Shown one piece after another: positions 14,266 through 22,602 of a DNA stretch of 36,593 nucleotides (positions are counted from its first letter, which is position 1; each line of letters opens with the position of its first letter). Made by a program: the position numbers and the translations under genes. This stretch comes from an uncultured Solirubrobacteraceae bacterium (lineage in GTDB: Bacteria; Actinomycetota; Thermoleophilia; Solirubrobacterales; Solirubrobacteraceae): NCBI GenBank assembly GCA_902806215.1, contig CADCVT010000137.1, positions 1-36,593 on the forward strand, in the 5' to 3' direction. The notes under the pieces are model-generated. The model was not told where the DNA came from and ran no database searches. It saw only the letters and a list, made by a program, of their open reading frames with translations.

Positions 14266-16989
14266 ATGATCGGATGTTCGGCCGTGGTATCTCGTGCGCC
14301 CGTATCCGCTCGACTTGTCTCGCCGGAACGCGTGCGGACCGCGCTTCCACGCCGTGCTGCGGCGACGGTCGCGGTGGCCGCCCTCGTGCTCCTGATGCTC
14401 GCCGCGCACGCGGCGCACGCCGCGACGCGTCCCGGCTCGCCGTACGACGACCGCGCGATCGACGTCGATGACGCGGCGGACGCGGTGGCGACGCGGGCCG
14501 AGCTGCGGCGCTTCGTCTGGGGCGACGGAGGACTCCCCGCCGACAAGCTCCCGCTCGTTGAGCACGACGTGGCCTCCCCGGTCAGCGGGCTCGTCAACCT
14601 ACGGCGCGTCGACGCGCTGCGGGTCCCGATGGTCGTCGGGGTGACGGGAGTGGCGTACCACTTCATCCCGGAGGAGGGGGCGAAGGGGCGGCTCATCGTC
14701 GTCCACCAGGGCCACTCCTGCAAATTGCAGGACAGCATCGGCGTCGCGAACACAGGCGAGGGGATCCAGCGGACGATCGCCGGAGCGCTCGCCCACGGCT
14801 ACGGCGTGCTGGCCGTCCAGATGCCGGCCAGCAGTCCGGACAACTGCCGGCCGGGCGATCACGCCGACCTGTTCGCCTTCACGAAGCCGCCGCTCGGCAA
14901 CGCGATGCGGTACTTCCTCGAGCCGACCGCGGTCGGGTTGAACTACGTCGCGACCCAGGGCGAGGAGGACGGCTTCGCCCCCTACGGGGAGTTCGCAATG
15001 GTCGGTCTGTCCGGCGGCGGCTGGGCGACGACCGTGTACTCCGCCATCGACACCCGGATCACCCGCAGCGTCTCGGTCGCCGGCTCGCTCCCGCTCTACC
15101 TGCGGCAGGGGAACTCGATCGGCGACGAGGAGCAGTTCCACCAGGCGTTCTACGCGCGCGCCGGCTACCTCGACCTCTATCTGCTGGCGTCGTCGGGAAC
15201 CGGGCGCGTCCACCGCGAGGTACAGATCCGTCGTGACGAATGCTGCTTCGGCGCCGCGCCGTCACAGTCGCTCGCCGACGAGAACGGCCAGACGTTCGAC
15301 GAGGCCGTCGCGGAGTACACCGGCGCAGTCCGTGCGCGCCTGTCCACCGTCGGCCCGGGCACCTTCCGCGTCGACATCGACGAGGCCGGGACGGGGCACA
15401 GGATCACCAACGAGCTGCTCACGTCGCTGGTGTGGCCGACACTCGCCCGCACCGGCGACGGCCCGCCGCCGGCGTTCCCTCCGCAGGACTTCCCGCCGGA
15501 GACGTTCCTGCGCGGGGCGCCCGAAGGCGCGACGAACAAGACAGGGGCTTCGGTCGAGCCGTCGTCGGATGTCGCGAACCCAGGCTTCGAGTGCAGGCTC
15601 GACACCGGCGCGTGGGCGCGCTGCACGTCGCCGCACACGCTGTCGGGGCTGGCCCCGGGCGAGCACGTCCTCGCCGTCCGCGCGAAGGATCGCACCGGCA
15701 GCACCGACCGCTCCCCCGCCACCGCGACCTGGACGGTCGACACCTCGCCGCCGACGACCTCGCTCGACGCGACCGAGGGCTTGAGCCGCGAGCCATCGGC
15801 GGGCCCGGTCTTCGCCTCGTCGGAGGAGGGCTCGACGTTCGAATGCGCCCGCGACGGGGGCGACTGGGCGGCGTGCACCTCCCCGTTCCGCCTCGATGAC
15901 CTCCCCGACGGCGAGCACACGTTCTCGGCGCGTGCCGTCGACGCGGCCGGCAACGTCGACCCCGCGCCTCCGGTCGCGCGCTGGACGATTGACACCGCAC
16001 CGCCGCTGACTTCGATCGAGGCGGCGCCCACGGGCGTGATCCGCGAGCGATCCGGCGATCCGCGGCTCGGGTCCTCCGAGGAGGGCTCGACGTTCGAGTG
16101 CCGCCCCGACCAGGGCGAGTGGGAGCCCTGCGACGCGATGCCGAAACTCCGCGACCTGGCCGACGGCGAGCACACGTTCTCGGCGCGGGCGACGGACGCG
16201 GCCGGCAACACGGACCCGGCTCCGCCGATCGCGCGCTGGCGCGTCGACACGACGGCGCCCGAGACCTCGATCACGGCCATCGCCACGGCGGGCGCGGGTG
16301 AAGCCGGGACCCGCGTTGACTTCGCATCGACCGAGGTCGGCTCGCGGTTCGAGTGCAGCCTCGACGGCGGCGCACCCTCCGCCTGCTCGTCCCCGCACGT
16401 CCTCGGTGCCCTGGCCGAAGGCGAGCACGCGCTCGCGGTCCGCGCGATCGACGCGCTCGGGCATGCCGATCCGACGCCCGCCACCGTGACATGGACGGCC
16501 TTCGCGCCGCGCATCGTGACGGCGCCGCTGGCGGCGATGCCGCCCGCTCAGCCCGCTGCGCGGGTTGTGCCGGCCCTCGTCCCGACCCCGGCCGCCGGGA
16601 TCCCGGGCGTGCGCTTCATCGTGGGTGCCGGATCGACGGCCCCCTCCCCGGCCGCGCCGCGGTTCGCCCGCCGGACGCGGCGCATCTCGGCGGGCAGGAT
16701 ACGCGCACTGCGGACGACGACCGGGACCGTCTCGTTCCGGGCGATCCTGCGCGGATCGCGACCCCGCACGCTCGAGCTCGGGCGCAGACGCCTCTCCTTG
16801 CGCGCCGGCCGGTCGGCGCCGCTCACGCTCAGGCTGTCGAAGCGCCGGCACGACGAGCTGCGCGCCGCGGGCACCGTCGAGATCGTGGTGACCGTGCGGA
16901 TCGTCAGGGGCGGCACCGTGGGGTCCGTGTCCTCGCGCGGCCAGGTCGCGATCGGCCGCAAGCGCGCCCGCACCGGCGGGGCGCGATGA
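14266..16989 (+). CDS. Secreted alpha/beta-hydrolase (esterase-like) with four tandem Ig-like Cys-containing repeats and an Arg-rich C-terminal tail
   Basis: Track ORF (907 aa). The signal peptide is ...TVAVAALVLLMLAAHAAHAA (an alternative GTG start at 14332 is possible). A nucleophile elbow occurs in FAMVGLSGGGWATTVY. Four ~84-aa repeats follow with the pattern FEC..D.G.W..C.SP..L..L..GEH.F..RA.DA.GN.DP.P....W.VDT..P.TS. The last ~108 aa have about one Arg in four. Confidence 0.85.
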   Translation: MIGCSAVVSRAPVSARLVSPERVRTALPRRAAATVAVAALVLLMLAAHAAHAATRPGSPYDDRAIDVDDAADAVATRAELRRFVWGDGGLPADKLPLVEHDVASPVSGLVNLRRVDALRVPMVVGVTGVAYHFIPEEGAKGRLIVVHQGHSCKLQDSIGVANTGEGIQRTIAGALAHGYGVLAVQMPASSPDNCRPGDHADLFAFTKPPLGNAMRYFLEPTAVGLNYVATQGEEDGFAPYGEFAMVGLSGGGWATTVYSAIDTRITRSVSVAGSLPLYLRQGNSIGDEEQFHQAFYARAGYLDLYLLASSGTGRVHREVQIRRDECCFGAAPSQSLADENGQTFDEAVAEYTGAVRARLSTVGPGTFRVDIDEAGTGHRITNELLTSLVWPTLARTGDGPPPAFPPQDFPPETFLRGAPEGATNKTGASVEPSSDVANPGFECRLDTGAWARCTSPHTLSGLAPGEHVLAVRAKDRTGSTDRSPATATWTVDTSPPTTSLDATEGLSREPSAGPVFASSEEGSTFECARDGGDWAACTSPFRLDDLPDGEHTFSARAVDAAGNVDPAPPVARWTIDTAPPLTSIEAAPTGVIRERSGDPRLGSSEEGSTFECRPDQGEWEPCDAMPKLRDLADGEHTFSARATDAAGNTDPAPPIARWRVDTTAPETSITAIATAGAGEAGTRVDFASTEVGSRFECSLDGGAPSACSSPHVLGALAEGEHALAVRAIDALGHADPTPATVTWTAFAPRIVTAPLAAMPPAQPAARVVPALVPTPAAGIPGVRFIVGAGSTAPSPAAPRFARRTRRISAGRIRALRTTTGTVSFRAILRGSRPRTLELGRRRLSLRAGRSAPLTLRLSKRRHDELRAAGTVEIVVTVRIVRGGTVGSVSSRGQVAIGRKRARTGGAR
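15532..16503 (+). repeat. Four in-frame tandem repeats of 252-255 bp inside the hydrolase gene
   Basis: The TTC of the conserved FEC motif recurs at 15586, 15838, 16093 and 16348, giving spacings of 252, 255 and 255 nt. Copies 2 and 3 share long identical runs: gaggagggctcgacgttcga at 15823 and 16078, and gacggcgagcacacgttctcggcgcg at 15907 and 16162. The outer boundaries are approximate. Confidence 0.85.
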
Positions 16990-18317
16990 TCCCGAGTTCC
17001 CGAGGCAGATCGTCGGCAAAGGACGCAGAGACTGTGAAGTTCGACCGCAAGGCCATGCTCACGATGACCGCGGGCGCCGCCGCGGGCGGACTGATGGCCG
17101 CGCCGTCGGCACGCGCCGCCGACCCCACGCCTGGTAACGACGACGTCATCTTCGAGGGAGTCGGCGACGGCGTCGCCGATGACGGCCCGGCGCTCCAGGC
17201 CGCGCTCGACCGGCTGGCCGCCGCGGCCGGCGGCCGGCTCGTCGTCCCGCACGGCACGTTCCGGATCGCCACAGCGGTCCGAGGTGACTTCACCCGGAAG
17301 GCGGCCGGCGTGCGCATCGTCGGCAGCGGCTCGGCCTCGCGGATCCTGATCGCGACGGGCGTCGCCGCCGACGCGATCACGTTCGCCGGGTGCTTCGACC
17401 TCGTGATCAGCGACCTGTACTTCGTCGGCACGCCGGGGCAGGCCGACGACGCCAGGTGCGCGCTGCTGTTGACCAACTGCGAGAAGGCGTGGATCAGGTC
17501 GTGCGGGTTCGTGGGGCTGGCGGTCGCCGCCGCCACGGCGAGAGCCGTGATCTACGCGTCGGTGTGCGACCTGCGGATCAGCGAGTGCCGCTTCGGCGGG
17601 TGCACGGCGAGCAGCGGCCGCAACAAGTCGGTGGTCGAGGTCGACCAGTGGCGCGGCATCCAGGTCGAGAACACCGACTTCGTCGACTGGGCGTGGCTCG
17701 GCGACGTCTACTACTCGAAGACGCCGCAGAGATCGGCGTACTCGTGGATCACCGTCAGCAGGGCGCAGGACCATTACAACGACGGCATGGATCCCAACGA
17801 GGCGATCTTCCGGAACCTTCGCCTGGACGAGGGGGCCTACGTGCCGCTGTCGGTGCGCGCGGCGAACGGCCCGCGGGTCGCGAACGTGCTGGTCGAGAAC
17901 GTCGGGGTCAACGGCAACGAGGCCAGCGGCGGGATCGGGATGTACTTCCGCAACGTCGACCGGCTCAAGATCCGGGCGAGCCTCGTCGGCCTCCAGCAGG
18001 GTGGGTCGCGCCGCAACGCGGTGCAGCTCAACGACGTCGTCCACACAGAGATCGAGCGGCTCGTCGCCCGCGGGACCTACGACCAGATCACGACGGTCAA
18101 CTGCCCCACCCTGATCCTCGAGGACTGCACCTACGGCTCCCTGTCGACGACCGGAACCACCGTGATCACCGGGACGTCGCCGGCGATGCTCTCGGCGGCG
18201 GGAGACGTCACCGGCCTGCCGCCCGGCAAGGGCCTGGTCGTGATGTCGCCCAACGGCCAGGTCAAGAAGCGGATCGGCATCGACGACTCAGGCGCCGTCG
18301 CCGTCACCGACGTCTGA
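16986..18317 (+). CDS. Secreted right-handed beta-helix protein (pectate-lyase-superfamily / GH28-related polysaccharide depolymerase candidate)
   Basis: This is the real part of track ORF 16353..18317. ATG 16986 overlaps the upstream TGA (ATGA); GTG 17034 is an alternative start. The signal peptide KFDRKAMLTMTAGAAAGGLMAAPSARAA is Tat-like but has RK rather than RR. GVGDGVADDGPALQAALDRLAAAGGRLVVPHGTFRI is the typical N-terminus of Pectate_lyase_3-type beta-helices, and repetitive V.N/I.N-type rungs follow. Confidence 0.8.
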   Translation: MIPSSRGRSSAKDAETVKFDRKAMLTMTAGAAAGGLMAAPSARAADPTPGNDDVIFEGVGDGVADDGPALQAALDRLAAAAGGRLVVPHGTFRIATAVRGDFTRKAAGVRIVGSGSASRILIATGVAADAITFAGCFDLVISDLYFVGTPGQADDARCALLLTNCEKAWIRSCGFVGLAVAAATARAVIYASVCDLRISECRFGGCTASSGRNKSVVEVDQWRGIQVENTDFVDWAWLGDVYYSKTPQRSAYSWITVSRAQDHYNDGMDPNEAIFRNLRLDEGAYVPLSVRAANGPRVANVLVENVGVNGNEASGGIGMYFRNVDRLKIRASLVGLQQGGSRRNAVQLNDVVHTEIERLVARGTYDQITTVNCPTLILEDCTYGSLSTTGTTVITGTSPAMLSAAGDVTGLPPGKGLVVMSPNGQVKKRIGIDDSGAVAVTDV

Positions 18318-19442
18318 CGTCTCAGGCGACGTTCCGGCGTCGAGCGCCTCGAGCCACCGGTCGATCACCACGTCGGGCGCATGATGCTCGACTACGTAGC
18401 GCCGGCACCGTGACGCGAGGTCCTGCTCTCGGTCACGCTGCTCCCACAGCCGCGCCGCGAGGGCCGCGAAGCGCTCGGTGCTCCCTCCGGCGTAGCCACC
18501 GAGCTCATACCGCTCGATCAGTGCGTCGGGGTCGTGGGCGAGCGAGAGGGCGGGAACCCCGCGCGCCCACCCTTCGAGGAACACGTTGGGCATGCCCTCG
18601 TAGTCGCGGGACGTGTTGACGACGGCGACCGCGCGCTCGATGACCGCGCCGACCTCGCGGCGCGGTCGCGCGTCGAGGACCTCCAGGTTCGGCAGCTCGG
18701 CCGCGCGGGTCAGCAGCCGCCGCCGGAGCGCCTCGGCCTCTGGTGAGACCGCCACCCCGAGGAGCCGGAACCGCGCGCGGGGCACGGCCTCGGCCAGGTC
18801 GACGTAGGCCCATGGGTCCTTGTATGGCTCCAGTCGCCCGATCCACACGAACGCCTCGCCCGGGGCGGTGCGCGCGGGCGCCGCCTCCGCGACGCTCCGG
18901 ATCACGACACCGTCGCGGCGCAGGTGCCGCCAGCACAGCTCGCGCTGCTCCTCGGTCTGCACGACGAGGCGGTCTGCCGCCCGGATCCCGAGCGCGTACC
19001 CCGCCCGGTTGAGCCGCGACCGCTCGAGACGATGCCAGGCGAAGTCCGTGACGTTCGCGCTCGAGAACACGAAGCGGCGCCGCCGCAGCCGGGCGGCGAA
19101 CGCGACGAGGCCGGTCACCGATCCCGCGCCGCGCTGCACGTAGGTCCGCGCGTCCGCCGCGAGCAGGAACCGCAGGGCCAGGACGATGCGCACCAGGGGC
19201 CGCAGCGGCCCGCCTCCGGCCGGCCGCGGCTGCCGGAGGACGTGCACCCCGTCGACGGTGTCGGGGAGCGCGATGCCAGTGTCGTCGACCCCGATCCCCA
19301 CGCGCAGACCGCGGGCGGCGAGGCCGCGCGCGACGAGCAGGACCTGGGTCTCCGCGCCTCCGGGAGGCGGACCGCTGCCCGGAACGAGAAGCGTGCCGAT
19401 CCACGGCGAGTAGAAGAGGACATCGAGCCGGTGCTCTGGCAT
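18288..19442 (-). CDS. GT4-family (GT-B fold) glycosyltransferase
   Basis: ATG at 19442 (MPEHRLDVLFYSPW...) within track ORF 18288..19640. The N-terminal motif is GGAETQVLLVARGLAARG, and the C-terminal region is TSRDYEGMPNVFLEGWARGVPALSL. Its 3' end overlaps the convergent beta-helix gene by 30 nt. Confidence 0.85.
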   Translation of the reverse strand: MPEHRLDVLFYSPWIGTLLVPGSGPPPGGAETQVLLVARGLAARGLRVGIGVDDTGIALPDTVDGVHVLRQPRPAGGGPLRPLVRIVLALRFLLAADARTYVQRGAGSVTGLVAFAARLRRRRFVFSSANVTDFAWHRLERSRLNRAGYALGIRAADRLVVQTEEQRELCWRHLRRDGVVIRSVAEAAPARTAPGEAFVWIGRLEPYKDPWAYVDLAEAVPRARFRLLGVAVSPEAEALRRRLLTRAAELPNLEVLDARPRREVGAVIERAVAVVNTSRDYEGMPNVFLEGWARGVPALSLAHDPDALIERYELGGYAGGSTERFAALAARLWEQRDREQDLASRCRRYVVEHHAPDVVIDRWLEALDAGTSPETSDVGDGDGA

Positions 19443-19538
19443 TCGGCGGCGGGACAGGCGGCCATCGTATCCGGAGCATGCCGGGCTTCGCGGGGCGTGT
19501 GACCGCGCCGGGGCTGCCTCTGCGGCAGGATGGAGGGC

Positions 19539-21410
19539 ATGTGTGGCATCTCCGGCTTCGCCGGTCCCGGCGCCGCGGGCCGTCGCGATCTGGCGGACCG
19601 CCAGATCGCGCTGCTCGATCACCGCGGCCCGGACGCGCACGGCGTCTTCGTGAAGCCCGATGCGGTGCTCGCGCAGAACCGCCTGGCCGTCATCGACCTC
19701 GTCTCCGGCGACCCGCCGCTCACCGACGAGTCAGGGGACGTCGGGGCGGTGCTCAACGGCGAGATCTACAACTTCCAGGCCCTGCGCGAGGAGCTGGCCC
19801 ACGCCGGGCACCGCTTCTCCTCGCGCGGTGACACCGAGGTGCTCGCCCACCTCGCCGAGGAGGAGGACGATCCGCGCGAGCTCGCCCGGCGCCTCGACGG
19901 CATGTTCGCGTTCGCGACGTGGGACGAGCGGCGTCGGCGCCTCCTGCTCGGCCGCGACCGCCTCGGCAAGAAGCCGCTGTACTACGCGATGACCTCCGAC
20001 GGTCAGCTCGTCTTCGCCAGCGAGATCAAGGCGCTGCTCGCGCACCCCGGCGTTCCGCGCGAGTTCGACCCGTCAGTGCTCCCCTCCTACCTGCTGTACG
20101 GCTACGTCCCGTCGCCCGGCACGGTGTACGGGGGCATCCAGTCGGTGCCACCGGGGGCGGTGCTCGCCTTCACGCCGGGCGGCGAGCCACGGGTCGTCTC
20201 GTACTGGGAGCCGCCCCTCGTCGGCCACAACGCCGGCGCGCACGCCGACCTGTCGCTTCGCGCGGCGGCCGCCGGCGTCCGCGAGCGGCTCGAGCGCGCG
20301 GTGGAGCGGCGGCTTGTCGCCGACGTCCCGCTGGGCGCGTACCTCAGCGGCGGCATCGACTCGAGCGCCATCGTGGCCCTGGCCGCGGACCGGGCGGACC
20401 ACCGCCTGAGCACGTTCACCATCGGCTTCGAGGACACCGACGGGTTCGACGAGCGCCCGTACGCGAAAATCGTGGCGCGACGCTACGGGACCGACCATCA
20501 CGAGTGGGTGGTGCAGCCCGAGGCCGTCGACCTCGTCGACCGCCTCGTGTGGCACTACGACCAGCCGTTCGGGGACTCGAGCGCGATCCCCACCTACCTG
20601 CTCGCCGAGCTCACCCGCAGGCACGTTACCGTCGCCCTGTCGGGCGACGGAGGCGACGAGCTGTTCGGCGGCTACGAGCGGTTACTCGGCGGCCTGCTCC
20701 TCGCGCGCTACAACGCGGCACCGTCGCTCCTGCGGCGGGGCGTCGACAGGACGCTCGAGGCGGCGGCGTCGAGCCCCGCCCTCGACCGGGCGCGCCGCTT
20801 CACGGCCAGCGCGGATCGTGGGCTGCCGATCGCCTACGAGAGCTGGGCCGGGTTCGTCTCGGAGGCGGACCGCGACCAGCTGCTCCGTGGGCAGGACGGC
20901 GCGGGTGCCGCGCACGCGCGGATCTGGGAGGCTTCGGCCGGCGCCGCGACGCTCGACCGCCTGCTCGACCTGAACCTGAGGACCTACCTCCTGGGCGACC
21001 TGCTGCCGAAGGCCGACCGGATGAGCATGGCCCACGCGCTCGAGGTGCGATCGCCGTTCCTGGACGCCGAGCTCCTCGACTACGCGGCCCGCCTGCCGCC
21101 CGCGCTGAAGATCCGCGGGCCGGTGCTGAAGCGGGTCCTCAAGGCGGCCGTCGCCGACCTGCTCCCAAGCGAGATCGTCAAGCGGCGCAAGAGGGGTTTC
21201 GGGGTGCCCGTCGACCGGTGGTTCCGGACCGACCTGCGCGAGTACGTCACGTCGCGCCTCACGGCCCCCGACGCGCGTCTCAAGGAGTGGCTGGACCCCG
21301 GCGCCGTCGACGCGCTCGTCGCCGATCACGTGAGCGGCCGGCGCAACAGCGGGCACTCGCTGTGGACGCTCCTGACGCTGGAGGTTTTCCTGCGCGAGCG
21401 GATCGGCTAG
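19539..21410 (+). CDS. asnB: Asparagine synthase (glutamine-hydrolysing) family amidotransferase, WbpS-like role likely
   Basis: I chose ATG 19539 so that the product starts MCGISG, with Cys2 as the Ntn glutaminase nucleophile; the track start at 19530 adds MEG. Motifs are RGPD, NGEIYN and GDTEV in the glutaminase domain, and the PP-loop LSGGIDSS plus LSGDGGDELFGGY in the synthetase domain. Confidence 0.92.
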   Translation: MCGISGFAGPGAAGRRDLADRQIALLDHRGPDAHGVFVKPDAVLAQNRLAVIDLVSGDPPLTDESGDVGAVLNGEIYNFQALREELAHAGHRFSSRGDTEVLAHLAEEEDDPRELARRLDGMFAFATWDERRRRLLLGRDRLGKKPLYYAMTSDGQLVFASEIKALLAHPGVPREFDPSVLPSYLLYGYVPSPGTVYGGIQSVPPGAVLAFTPGGEPRVVSYWEPPLVGHNAGAHADLSLRAAAAGVRERLERAVERRLVADVPLGAYLSGGIDSSAIVALAADRADHRLSTFTIGFEDTDGFDERPYAKIVARRYGTDHHEWVVQPEAVDLVDRLVWHYDQPFGDSSAIPTYLLAELTRRHVTVALSGDGGDELFGGYERLLGGLLLARYNAAPSLLRRGVDRTLEAAASSPALDRARRFTASADRGLPIAYESWAGFVSEADRDQLLRGQDGAGAAHARIWEASAGAATLDRLLDLNLRTYLLGDLLPKADRMSMAHALEVRSPFLDAELLDYAARLPPALKIRGPVLKRVLKAAVADLLPSEIVKRRKRGFGVPVDRWFRTDLREYVTSRLTAPDARLKEWLDPGAVDALVADHVSGRRNSGHSLWTLLTLEVFLRERIG

Positions 21411-22558
21411 CGCCGTTCGAGGAGCTGGTCGTAGAGCGCCTCGACGTCGGCGACGAGCCGGTCGACCCCGAACCGCTCGCGCACGTGGGCCCGCGCGTGC
21501 GCCCCCATGCGCTCGCGCAGGGCCGGATCGGCGGCCAGCTCGGCCAGCGCCGCCGCGAACCCGGCAACGTCGTCCGCGGACACGACGAACCCGGCCCCTG
21601 GGACGACGACGTCGCGCACGCCGCCGACATCGGTCGCGACGAGTGGCCGGCCCGCGGCCGCCGCCTCGATGAGCGATACGGGCGTGCCTTCGCTGGCCGA
21701 GCTGAGGGCGCCGACGTCGGTGGCGGCGGCGATCGCCTCGAGGTCCCGGCGATAGCCCAGGAACGTCGTGTGGCGCTCCAGGCCGACCGCGCGGACCTGC
21801 TCCTCCAGCTCGGCACGCAGCGCCCCGTCGCCGACGACCGCGAGGTGCAGGCGCGCACCGTCGCGGCGAGCCTCGGCAACGGCGTCGACGAGTCGGTCGA
21901 CGCGTTTGATCGGCACGAGTCGTCCGACGAACGTGACGACCACATCGTCGTCGGCCACGCCGAGCTCGGTGCGCACGGCCCCGCGCGCCCCGGGCTCGAC
22001 GCGGTCGAACCGGGCGAGATCGAGGCCGAGCGGCACGACGCGGAAGCGCCGGGCCGGGGCGATCCGCAGCTCGACGAGATCGTCGACGGTCGCTCGGCTG
22101 ACGCCGACGAGGCAATCGGTGACGAGACCGAGCGCGCGCTCGATCGACCGGAAGATCGCGTTGCGCGCTGGGCCGAAGTACCCGCGCAGCACGTGGCCGT
22201 GGTACGTGTGGACGATGATCGGGCGCCCACGGCCGGCGAGGAGAGCGGCGACCCTCCCCAGCGTGCCCGCCTTAGCCGCGTGCGTGTGGACGATGTCCGG
22301 CCGGAACCGCCGGATCTCGCGGACGAGCCGCCACAGCGCCCGGGCGTCCGCGGCCGGAGAGAGCTCCGGCCCGAGGAAGGGCACCGAGATCCACCGAGCC
22401 CCAGAGCGGTCGGCCAGCTCGTCGTACGACTCCTCGCCTGGGCCGACGGACCCGGCCAGCAGCAGCGACTCGTAGCGCGAGCGGTCCAGGCGGCCGCCCA
22501 GGAGGCTGACGTGGTACGCGGGGCCGCCGAGGTTCATGCGGGCGATGATGCGCAGCAC
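21407..22558 (-). CDS. GT4-family (GT-B fold) glycosyltransferase
   Basis: GTG 22558 gives (M)LRIIARMNLGGPAYHV, a typical GT4 N-terminus; ATG 22537 is an alternative. The upstream 265 codons of track ORF 21407..23353 overlap the next gene out of frame. The C-terminal motif region is SASEGTPVSLIEAAAAGRPLVATDVGGVRDVV. Its stop shares a CTAG with the asnB stop. Confidence 0.88.
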   Translation of the reverse strand: MLRIIARMNLGGPAYHVSLLGGRLDRSRYESLLLAGSVGPGEESYDELADRSGARWISVPFLGPELSPAADARALWRLVREIRRFRPDIVHTHAAKAGTLGRVAALLAGRGRPIIVHTYHGHVLRGYFGPARNAIFRSIERALGLVTDCLVGVSRATVDDLVELRIAPARRFRVVPLGLDLARFDRVEPGARGAVRTELGVADDDVVVTFVGRLVPIKRVDRLVDAVAEARRDGARLHLAVVGDGALRAELEEQVRAVGLERHTTFLGYRRDLEAIAAATDVGALSSASEGTPVSLIEAAAAGRPLVATDVGGVRDVVVPGAGFVVSADDVAGFAAALAELAADPALRERMGAHARAHVRERFGVDRLVADVEALYDQLLERR

Positions 22559-22602
22559 CCGGACCGGTGCGTCCGGGGGTGCGGTGTCGCCGGCGCCCCG
22601 GG

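Noticed and set aside
15177-17019. 445-aa and 585-aa minus-strand ORFs opposite the tandem-repeat region
   Set aside because: They are antisense shadows. Their apparent internal repetitiveness only mirrors the plus-strand repeats.
20682-20684. In-frame TTA (Leu) codon in asnB as a possible bldA-type regulatory codon
   Set aside because: TTA-dependent regulation is established only for Streptomyces. A single rare codon is not evidence, and I did not survey all genes for TTA.
19539-21410. Reading the asparagine-synthase homologue as a lasso-peptide cyclase, given the NTP_transf_5/ABC/sulfotransferase genes further right
   Set aside because: It keeps the Cys2 glutaminase nucleophile and a full GATase domain. 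I expect these to be degenerate in lasso cyclases, though that is from memory and unchecked. It sits between two glycosyltransferases 11 kb away from the other genes. I found no PqqD/RRE, B-type protease or plausible precursor ORF in the window.
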